From a virus (Duplodnaviria > Caudoviricetes): 64,000 nt of DNA. Position numbers and translations under genes: made by a program. The DNA lies in IMG/VR virus record IMGVR_UViG_3300042306_000967, positions 1 to 64,000 of that record, one strand, 5' to 3'. Under the pieces are notes generated by a model that was given only the letters and a program-made list of their open reading frames with translations, was not told the DNA's origin and did no database searches. Shown here one piece after another: positions 56,822-64,000 of this stretch; position 1 is the stretch's first letter; each line of letters opens with the position of its first letter.

Positions 56822-57934
56822 TTAAGCGCCTCCGCCATTTAACACTTCTGTTGATAATATAAATATAGAAGCTGCTGCTCCTCCATCTATTGTACTTATA
56901 CCACTTTGTTTTCCAATTCTACCCGTTACACTATCCCAAACTAAAACTTTATCTGCGGTTTCGTTTGTTGGTACGTTTGGTAAAACTAAACCATCAGTAT
57001 CTACTATTGCAGATAGTGTTCTATTAGTAGCCCCATTAGCGTATGTATAAAATGCTGCTCTACTTCCTGCTCCAGATGTTGAATAGTTTTCAGTAGCTTG
57101 AAATTCTAAACTTGTTGGAACTCCACCTACTATTGGAAAATAACTACTTGTTGAATATCCTAATCCAGAAAAACGAGCTAATACATCTCCCGATAAAGTT
57201 GGTGTTGGTAATGCCGCCGTTCCTCTAGCATGTCTACCTACGAAGATAGCACCAATAGAAGAACCAAATCCATCTACAGTTACCCTTGCCGCCTGTCCAT
57301 CGTTTCCCGTAACGTGAACCATACCACTCGGATTGATAACCGGTTGATATGCTCCGGATTCATTACCTATAATACTAAATGCACCAATATCCCCAGCAGG
57401 AATATTAGGTACTCTGATTTTGGTTCTTGCATCTTCAGAAATTTCAAATGATATAAATGAACCACTTTTTAATTGAAAACCTGCTGCCTGAATTGATACA
57501 TTACCATCCGTATTTGATATTCTTGCGTTTCTTCCACCAATTACATCCGGTGCTATATTAATAGATGCCGATTGTAAGAATATATCTCTAAACGGTCTTT
57601 CTAAAGTTCCTAATGTTGCACCTTGTGGATATAGTGGAACTAAATCTCCACCAAACTCCGTTGAACCACTAATTGAAATCGAACCACTTAATTCAGTTCT
57701 ACCTACTAATGTATTATTACCAATTTGGACAGTTGAACCACTTACAAATAATGAACCCGTTGTTGTTACTGCTCCAATTATATTCTGAACACCTGTAAAA
57801 TTATTTCCGCCATTAAGTACGGCATATCCACTTAAATCTTGCTCTCTACCTCTTACACCGGCAGTTGAGACAGATACGTTAGTGGGTTTTGTGACAACAC
57901 TAATCCTTGTTTTATTTATATTAGGAATACTCAT
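56822..57934 (-). CDS. Fibre-like virion protein (370 aa) ending in DGG motifs
   Basis: TLGTLERPFRDIFL, ARGTAALPT...GD.L..F.G.GY, C-terminal IDGG...LNGGGA. Confidence 0.65.
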   Translation of the reverse strand: MSIPNINKTRISVVTKPTNVSVSTAGVRGREQDLSGYAVLNGGNNFTGVQNIIGAVTTTGSLFVSGSTVQIGNNTLVGRTELSGSISISGSTEFGGDLVPLYPQGATLGTLERPFRDIFLQSASINIAPDVIGGRNARISNTDGNVSIQAAGFQLKSGSFISFEISEDARTKIRVPNIPAGDIGAFSIIGNESGAYQPVINPSGMVHVTGNDGQAARVTVDGFGSSIGAIFVGRHARGTAALPTPTLSGDVLARFSGLGYSTSSYFPIVGGVPTSLEFQATENYSTSGAGSRAAFYTYANGATNRTLSAIVDTDGLVLPNVPTNETADKVLVWDSVTGRIGKQSGISTIDGGAAASIFILSTEVLNGGGA

Positions 57935-57935
57935 T

Positions 57936-58319
57936 CTATCGTGTTACATTTTTGGATAAACGAACTTTACCCTCTAATAATCTATATACTTCACAACCAC
58001 TTACTACTTCTAAATCATAATATGCTTCATTAAAATTTAATAATGAAGATGATGCAGCAGATACATAAACACCTATTGAACCCGAAGATAATGGATTTGT
58101 TCCACTACTTCCACTTAAATTCAATCCCGTACCACAACTATCGGAAAGTGATGATGAAAGATTTAGAAATATTTCAGAAGATTCAACGGCGGGTCTTACT
58201 TGCATTCTTGCGTGCATACCTGTTAAATCTATTGGATTACCAGTATCATCTGTCCAATCTAATTGAAACTCTAATGTTGCTCCCTGTTCTATTACAAATG
58301 AATATTTTGCTGCTGCCAT
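57936..58319 (-). CDS. Small Ig-like / beta-sandwich fibre-attachment protein (T5 p132 / BppU N-terminal-like)
   Basis: F.IEQGAT......W.D..G.PIDLTG..ARMQVR...YYDLEV.....V.RLLEG.V.LS..VTR. Confidence 0.7.
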   Translation of the reverse strand: MAAAKYSFVIEQGATLEFQLDWTDDTGNPIDLTGMHARMQVRPAVESSEIFLNLSSSLSDSCGTGLNLSGSSGTNPLSSGSIGVYVSAASSSLLNFNEAYYDLEVVSGCEVYRLLEGKVRLSKNVTR

Positions 58320-58341
58320 ATAAAAATCGGTTTAATACAAC

Positions 58342-58349
58342 TATAAATA
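58342..58349 (-). promoter_or_regulatory. Putative late-promoter motif TATTTATA
   Basis: About 22 nt upstream of the 58319 start, right after the capsid terminator. Confidence 0.55.
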
Positions 58350-58374
58350 TAAAGTTTCTTTAAAGGGGTAAAAT

Positions 58375-58402
58375 AAAAAAAGGGAGTGATTTCTCACCCC
58401 CT
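58375..58402 (-). terminator. Intrinsic terminator after the major capsid gene
   Basis: Minus strand GGGGTGA-GAAA-TCACTCC (one G-U pair) followed by a T run. Confidence 0.85.
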
Positions 58403-58439
58403 TCTTTTTTTATGAATCGTTAGTTAGATTACATTAAGA

Positions 58440-60095
58440 TTAGATATTAGCTAAATCTTTGATGTAAATCTTACCATAGAATTCTGGACGAACCATCTTC
58501 TTAGCGTAACGAGTCATCACACCTCTACGCGGAGTAAAGTTTTGTGGGTCGTACACTAATGGAGTCATAATCAATGGTACATATGGAGCGTAAACAGCAC
58601 CAGTCTCAAGGAAGTTATTTCCTCTGAAGCCCATTAAGATTTCGTTAGAAGTCATGTAAGGGTTTTTGTACACAGTGAATCTGTTGCTCATAGAACCAAC
58701 TGCAGTTACACCAGCTGCGAATTGTAAAGCGTCTTTATCAGCGTTTACAGTAAAGCCAGGAATTGATTCTAAAATAGTACATACATCAGGAGATGCAACT
58801 ACGAAGTTAGCACCACCACGAAGTGTTAATTGGTGAATCTTGTTAGAAACTTTGTTCAACTTAACACCTAATGTTTGATACCAAGAATTCTTAGTATAGT
58901 AAGTGTTTGCTCCAGAAGGAACTGAAGAACCCCATGCACCTTGACCAGTTGCACCGTTGTTTAAGTATTCTTCACCAATTGTTGCTGACCAGTATTCAGT
59001 AGTTAATGCGTTAGCTTTTAACATATCTAAAATTTCTAAATCAATCTCTAAAGAGATGTAATCAGATAACATAGAAGTTAATTCAGCTTCTGCATCAATT
59101 GAATGATAAGCGTTTAAGTCTTGCGCTAATTCAGGAGTCCATACTGCTTTCAACTTACGAGTCTTAGCAACGATAGCCTCTGATTTTAATTCAAGATCAA
59201 TTTCAGGAATATCTAATGCAGTTGTTGTGTTACCTGCACTGTTAGCTGTTTGGTCTTCGAAGTCACCTCTATCGTAAGATACTGGTTGCTCAGAATAAAC
59301 AACAGTTGAAGTAGAGATTGTTACACCGTTAGATGCAGAAACAAACAATACTACGTTGTTAGAAGATACATAGTTAAATTCGTTGATGTTTGAATTTAAA
59401 GTACCAGCACCGATAGCAGTAACGTTGAATGAACGAACTGCTTCAGAATCAACAGTTGTAGGAAGTTGGTTTGCACCACCTGCTTTAGAAACTGTTAATT
59501 TGATGATTCTACCAGCTGCTACTGAAGCAGAGATTGAAGCGTCAAATCCTACATCAGCCCAAGAAGCTGTAGCTGCAGTTGTAGTTAAAGAAGCTGCAGA
59601 TGCATCGTTTACAGAGTAGCCATATCTAGCTTCACCATAAAGACCATTTTCAGCTGCATTAGTTCTACCAAAGTTAGTTGCAGAACCAGTTACGTTAGTA
59701 CCACCAAAAAGTGATTTACCAGCGAACTGACCGTTAGCACCTTGAGAAGAACCATATTTGAAATCCAAGAAGAATACAAGACCAGAAGGTAAGTTCATTG
59801 GTTGTACGCTTACGAATTCTTTTGCTGCGATTTCACCGAAGATTCTTCTTACTAACGGTAAAGCCACACCAGACCACTCTTCAGAACCAGTAGAAGTACC
59901 AGTTTGAGTTGCCTCATCAAGCAATTGCTTTGCTTGGTTTTCTAACAATACAGCCATGCTGTGTTGTTCTCTTTCTTTTAAACCTTCAAGAAGACCAGTT
60001 TTTTCCCATTTGCTTTTTAACTGACGAGTTTCAGCTAACATTACTGCTTGTGGGTTTTTGCCTTCCATAAGTTTTCCTAAATCAAAATTTGCCAT
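58440..60095 (-). CDS. gp23: Major capsid protein (T4 gp23-like)
   Basis: LLENQ, LPLVRR, VSVQPMNLPSGLVF.L, AKTRKLKAVWTPELAQDL.AYH.IDAEAEL, YAPYVPL, F.P..GVMTRY. Confidence 0.97.
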   Translation of the reverse strand: MANFDLGKLMEGKNPQAVMLAETRQLKSKWEKTGLLEGLKEREQHSMAVLLENQAKQLLDEATQTGTSTGSEEWSGVALPLVRRIFGEIAAKEFVSVQPMNLPSGLVFFLDFKYGSSQGANGQFAGKSLFGGTNVTGSATNFGRTNAAENGLYGEARYGYSVNDASAASLTTTAATASWADVGFDASISASVAAGRIIKLTVSKAGGANQLPTTVDSEAVRSFNVTAIGAGTLNSNINEFNYVSSNNVVLFVSASNGVTISTSTVVYSEQPVSYDRGDFEDQTANSAGNTTTALDIPEIDLELKSEAIVAKTRKLKAVWTPELAQDLNAYHSIDAEAELTSMLSDYISLEIDLEILDMLKANALTTEYWSATIGEEYLNNGATGQGAWGSSVPSGANTYYTKNSWYQTLGVKLNKVSNKIHQLTLRGGANFVVASPDVCTILESIPGFTVNADKDALQFAAGVTAVGSMSNRFTVYKNPYMTSNEILMGFRGNNFLETGAVYAPYVPLIMTPLVYDPQNFTPRRGVMTRYAKKMVRPEFYGKIYIKDLANI

Positions 60096-60120
60096 TTTAT
60101 TTTATTTTTTTATGGATTGT

Positions 60121-61239
60121 TTATTTTACGATACCAGCTAATTGCTTAAAGCGGTTAGCTAATTCGTTTGAGCTTTCAGCGATGATTTCTTTTGCTGGAG
60201 CTGTTGTAGCTTGTGGCTTAGAAGCAAAACCTTCGGTCATTGTCTTCTTAGCTGCTACTTTTCTTTCAGTACCAGTAAACTTCATGCTTTCTGCTAAAGT
60301 TGCGTAAACCAATTTAACTTCTCTTACAGAAGATGTTCTGTCTAAATTCTCAACTACTTTTACTTTTTGTTCGTTAGTTAAGTTGTAAGAACGGAACAAT
60401 TTGTTTGCGTAAAGTAATTTTGCGTTTAACAAATTTACTTCGTTAATAGTGCCTTTTAAAGATTTGATTGTAGAAATTGCTTCTGCCAATTCTGCTTGAA
60501 GTTTTTCTTTTTCTTCATCATGCTTTGGTTCTTCAGCTTCTTCAACTTTTTCTTCATCATCACCATATCCCATTTCACGTAAGATTTCATCTAAATCGAT
60601 TTCTTCTTCATCGTGAGCTGGTTCTTCAGTTGGAACTTCTTCAGCTTCAACTGCAGGTTCAGCAGCTACTGGTTCTTCAACCGGTGCTTCTTCACCTTCT
60701 ACTGCTGGTTCTTCTTCGTGATATTCATCACCTTCTTCACCCGCAATTTGTGCTTCTAATTCTCTAATGATTGATTCTAAATCTAATTCGTCTTCGTCAT
60801 CAGATTCTTCGTCATCACCAAATTCAGGAGCATCTTCACCTTCTGATTGGTATTCAGCTGCATCTTCTGCTTTATCTTCTGCAGAAGCTTCATCTTCAAC
60901 TTCATTAAGGTCTTTAACTTTATCGTAGTCTTCTACTTCACCACCTACTTCCGCAGATTGGTTAGCAATACCACTTAGGTCAGTGTCATCGTTGTTTGCT
61001 TTATCAGCTGGTTGTTTGTTATCACCACCACCAATTTCGCTTGATACATCATTGTTTTCTTCAACTTTATCTTCAACTTCTTCATCATCAGCCATTTCTG
61101 CCTGAAGTTTTTTAGAAAGGATAGATTGTAGTCTTGGAGTAAATGCTTCTTCAAGAGCGATTTTAGCGTTAGCAATAGCAGTTTCACGAACAGCTTTAGC
61201 ATCAGCGATGGCTTCTTTCAACAATTTTGAACTTGCCAT
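60121..61239 (-). CDS. Prohead scaffolding / core protein
   Basis: Very acidic 372-aa protein with coiled-coil ends, immediately upstream of the major capsid gene. Confidence 0.8.
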   Translation of the reverse strand: MASSKLLKEAIADAKAVRETAIANAKIALEEAFTPRLQSILSKKLQAEMADDEEVEDKVEENNDVSSEIGGGDNKQPADKANNDDTDLSGIANQSAEVGGEVEDYDKVKDLNEVEDEASAEDKAEDAAEYQSEGEDAPEFGDDEESDDEDELDLESIIRELEAQIAGEEGDEYHEEEPAVEGEEAPVEEPVAAEPAVEAEEVPTEEPAHDEEEIDLDEILREMGYGDDEEKVEEAEEPKHDEEKEKLQAELAEAISTIKSLKGTINEVNLLNAKLLYANKLFRSYNLTNEQKVKVVENLDRTSSVREVKLVYATLAESMKFTGTERKVAAKKTMTEGFASKPQATTAPAKEIIAESSNELANRFKQLAGIVK

Positions 61240-61382
61240 TTTTTCCTTATTTGTTAGGATTTCTTAAGCTATTGTAATGTGAGCTTAAATAGAATTATTA
61301 ATTGGCGTTTTGGTCACTACTCATAGAACGAGAGTATTCATTTTACCAATAAAAAAACGTATATAAAATACGTTATTGTATC

Positions 61383-61390
61383 AATAAATA
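61383..61390 (-). promoter_or_regulatory. Putative late-promoter variant TATTTATT upstream of the scaffold-capsid operon
   Basis: One mismatch from the recurring motif; would give a ~140-nt structured leader. Confidence 0.45.
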
Positions 61391-61429
61391 TATAAAAATT
61401 AATAAAAACGTAATTTTCTAAAGAATTTT

Positions 61430-62749
61430 TTAGAAAAGATAAATATAAGATGGGTGTTTATCATCTTTTAGTTTTTGACGGATTCTTTCATCCGAACACC
61501 CAAAATGTTCTCCAGCCTCTTTAAGAGAGCAGAATTGAATTCCTTCACACTCAATTATTGGAAGGTGTATTTTTATTTTTGAACGTAATTGTAATTCGTT
61601 CATTTCATCGTAACTGATATCATTACGTTCAACTTTTTTCCAATGACGATATACTGGATTATTTGATTCAAAGTAGTTTCTAGCTTCCGATTCTGATATT
61701 CCTAATTTATCCGCCACCTGTTTTGGGTTCTCAAAAGGAACTCCATCTATTTCGTATTTAATTGTTGGATTAGTTTCTTCACCAATGATTTGCCAATCTT
61801 TGTATTTTGATTTAGTAGAACGGCATCTTCTCTCAACTTCACTTGCCACCAATTCATTTGGACTAATATCAATTGCAGCTTCTCTAAAACTTCTATAAGA
61901 TTTACCATCAACCACACATTTAAACGTATCACCGTTTACAATAGATTCGGTTGCAATATCAGGATTGCCTTTTACGAATACCAATATGTTTTGATGAACC
62001 GATGCCACTTTGCGATTTCTTTCAAAGTATGTATCAACAACTCTTGATGCTTGGTGTTGTGAATTAAATAGAATCATATCGTTGTAGAAATGTAATCCAG
62101 CTTCTTCACATGCTCTAATTGTTTTCCAGACCAAACCTTTATACTTTCCAATCTTATAATTTCCTGTGGTTGATTGTTCTCTTACTTCCGATACAACTAC
62201 TGCAAAGAAACGATTATCTTTTAGTTTTTCCGCTGCTTTTCTTAAAATAGAATAATATTTTTTATCAAATGAATCTTCATCCATATTTGAAAGGTCAGCT
62301 GGGTTGTCTGTATATTTTTCTAAATCATAATAAGGTGGACAAGTAAATACAAAGTCCTGAGTCTTATTCTGAATAGAATCTATTACCCACTCACTATCTC
62401 CTTGTATCCAATTTGGTTTTGATGATTGTTTTTTATTTGCTTCTATTTGTTCATCCGAAAGGTCTATACCATTATAGATGTATCCCATTTCAGTTGCAAC
62501 TATACCTCTAACACTACCACCTGCAAATGGGTCCAATACTCTACCTTCCTCTGGACAAAACCATTCATACATCTTTTCACAAAGTGTAGCATCAAATATG
62601 GAAACGGTATTATCTTCCCAAAAACGGGCTCTACTTTGGGTATTTTCTCTACCCAATTCTGATTGGATATTGTAGGTGTTAATCCACCATCTTTTACGTT
62701 CTTGCCATTGTTTAGAACGAGTATCTAAAATAGAGAAAGGTTTAATCAT
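61430..62749 (-). CDS. DNA amino-methyltransferase (N6A/N4C) fused to three NUMOD1-like HTH repeats; likely start is ATG 62749 (439 aa), not TTG 62764
   Basis: Motif I VLDPFAGGS, motif IV FTCPPYY; C-terminal VDGKSYRSFREAA / IDGVPFENPKQVADKLGIS / CEGIQFCSLKEAGEHFGCS. Confidence 0.8.
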   Translation of the reverse strand: MIKPFSILDTRSKQWQERKRWWINTYNIQSELGRENTQSRARFWEDNTVSIFDATLCEKMYEWFCPEEGRVLDPFAGGSVRGIVATEMGYIYNGIDLSDEQIEANKKQSSKPNWIQGDSEWVIDSIQNKTQDFVFTCPPYYDLEKYTDNPADLSNMDEDSFDKKYYSILRKAAEKLKDNRFFAVVVSEVREQSTTGNYKIGKYKGLVWKTIRACEEAGLHFYNDMILFNSQHQASRVVDTYFERNRKVASVHQNILVFVKGNPDIATESIVNGDTFKCVVDGKSYRSFREAAIDISPNELVASEVERRCRSTKSKYKDWQIIGEETNPTIKYEIDGVPFENPKQVADKLGISESEARNYFESNNPVYRHWKKVERNDISYDEMNELQLRSKIKIHLPIIECEGIQFCSLKEAGEHFGCSDERIRQKLKDDKHPSYIYLF

Positions 62750-62753
62750 AACA

Positions 62754-62785
62754 CAAATATACAAAAAAAGTTTGGAATTACCAAA
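62754..62785 (-). promoter_or_regulatory. Bacteroidota-type housekeeping promoter (-33 TTTG, -7 TAnnTTTG)
   Basis: Minus strand TTTG (62785-62782), 20-nt spacer, TATATTTG (62761-62754), then TGTT-ATG. Confidence 0.75.
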
Positions 62786-62789
62786 CTTT
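62763..62789 (-). terminator. Intrinsic terminator of the upstream gene, overlapping the promoter
   Basis: AAAGTTTGG-TAATT-CCAAACTTT followed by TTTT. Confidence 0.65.
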
Positions 62790-62801
62790 CTTTATACTTT
62801 T

Positions 62802-63713
62802 TTATTCGAAATCAGGACTTTGTTCTACGTCCTTATATAAATTATCAATATATTTTCTTTCTATATCTGCCAAATTTCTTCTATACATTTCCAATTGATT
62901 AGTTCCCTTTTTCAAAAGTGGCATCATAGCTTCCTTTTTCTTTGGGTTCTTTTCAGCAAAGTATTTAGCACCCATAGCTCTTTGTGCATCTTCCAATTCT
63001 CTAACTTTCTTTTGTACCGCTAAGTATTTTACATACATTTTAGGTACACCACCATATAAACCAGCTTCATTTACTACTCCTTCCGGTACACAATTTGGAA
63101 CTTGTCTACCACCCTTATTTTTCATACCAACTTGCTTATATCCTTTCCAACAAGGTGAATCTTCTTTTATTGACTCACTTTTAACAACTTTACCTTTTTG
63201 TTTAAAAAGTTGTTTGATATTATCTTGTGCAGTTGAGTCATTATTTTTCCACTTTTTAATTAAATCAAATAATTTTTTTTCATCAGAACTATTCAATGAA
63301 GCAATTTTACCTCTACCACTTCCTAGTGCCATACCATTTTTGTACCAGTATTCAAAATCTTTTACATCATCAAATAACCAAGTTGGTAAAACTCTTATAT
63401 TAAATGCTTCGTTTACCGATTCGTTTGTTCCGTATTCGTGATAGTTTCCAGCTGCTTGAGAAATATAGTTTTCTGCTTTAGAAATATGGTCTTGAATCCA
63501 AGCTGGTATTTCTTTTTCATTCTCACCCATTTTAGCTTTCAATTCAGTTGCCATCTTAATAATGGTATCTAATTGATTTTGTCCCATAGAAACTTCGTGG
63601 TCTTCACCTTCAGCTTCTTTAATGAATGCAGTTGCAAATGGATTAGAAATTACTTTACCCATTTCAAATTTACCAAATGCTTTTTGATTTACTAATCCAC
63701 CTAACTTAATCAT
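62802..63713 (-). CDS. Putative internal head protein, modular, with candidate prohead-protease sites
   Basis: Modules DHEVSM...IPAWIQDHISKAENYI and PCWKGYKQVGMK.KGGRQVPNCVP, separated by IKE/VNE motifs; upstream of the scaffold. Confidence 0.55.
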   Translation of the reverse strand: MIKLGGLVNQKAFGKFEMGKVISNPFATAFIKEAEGEDHEVSMGQNQLDTIIKMATELKAKMGENEKEIPAWIQDHISKAENYISQAAGNYHEYGTNESVNEAFNIRVLPTWLFDDVKDFEYWYKNGMALGSGRGKIASLNSSDEKKLFDLIKKWKNNDSTAQDNIKQLFKQKGKVVKSESIKEDSPCWKGYKQVGMKNKGGRQVPNCVPEGVVNEAGLYGGVPKMYVKYLAVQKKVRELEDAQRAMGAKYFAEKNPKKKEAMMPLLKKGTNQLEMYRRNLADIERKYIDNLYKDVEQSPDFE

Positions 63714-63715
63714 AA

Positions 63716-64000
63716 TTATTTCTTTTTCATTGCAAGTCTTTCTCTCATTACATCAGTTGGGATATCAGAGATTTCATAGTAACGATTTAAGATGTGACCC
63801 ATATCTTCATATAAAGCATGTAATCTTTCATCCATTGCTTTTGCTTCAACAGAGAACTTATCAAATTGCTTACCCAACTTATCCAACTCACTCATATTTC
63901 TTTTTACAGTTTGAGCGTCAAACCAATCGTTAGCTTCTCTTAAAGATAATTCTTTTGCAGCTTCAACAATTGCTCCTAATGTTTCTGAAACTTCAGTCAT
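63716..64000 (-). CDS. Hypothetical helical protein, 5'-truncated by the window end
   Basis: Open to the window edge; DWFD..TV.RNM..L...LYEDMGHILNRYYEI. Confidence 0.65.
   Translation of the reverse strand: MTEVSETLGAIVEAAKELSLREANDWFDAQTVKRNMSELDKLGKQFDKFSVEAKAMDERLHALYEDMGHILNRYYEISDIPTDVMRERLAMKKK

Noticed and set aside
58440-60095. Introns or inteins in capsid, sheath or other core genes; tRNA genes in the gaps
   Set aside because: Core ORFs are continuous with no visible intein motifs, and the intergenic gaps are short with no cloverleaf or T-loop signature seen by eye.
61430-62764. Restriction-modification system or intact homing endonuclease; TTG start at 62764
   Set aside because: No endonuclease gene or GIY-YIG/HNH motif is present. 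The annotated MYICV extension is the promoter -7 box itself, so ATG 62749 is preferred.
1-64000. Stop-codon reassignment, as in some large or crAss-like phages
   Set aside because: Genes of up to 12 kb are open in code 11 with dense packing, and TAG serves as a real stop (e.g. 4493, 8396, 57936).

Overview
AT-rich 64-kb segment of a large T4-like (myovirus) phage genome, almost certainly from the virion structural region. All credible genes are on the minus strand, and the standard genetic code is used. Order in the direction of transcription (right to left): putative internal head proteins; an inserted DNA methyltransferase with NUMOD1-like repeats; scaffold; major capsid protein; seven fibre/adhesin-like genes; neck proteins (gp13/gp14-like); tail terminator (gp15-like); about 36 kb dominated by three giant repeat proteins (4021, 3599 and 3114 aa) with small adaptor/chaperone genes; tail sheath; tail tube; tail assembly chaperone; tape measure; and a probable baseplate protein. 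A textbook Bacteroidota promoter (TTTG-N20-TATATTTG) suggests a Bacteroidota/FCB host. The most notable observations are: (1) 21 tandem helical domains in the 4021-aa protein, each with an invariant C-x-R-D motif closely resembling the bilin-attachment site of phycobiliproteins; (2) cupredoxin-like domains with intact His/Cys/His/Met ligands inside a giant fibre; (3) an unannotated +1/-2 frameshift extension of the tail chaperone; (4) a recurring upstream motif that is the T4 late promoter in reverse orientation; and (5) a 28-bp fold-back at the window start, probably an assembly artefact. All family calls come from motif recognition by eye, and no database searches were run.
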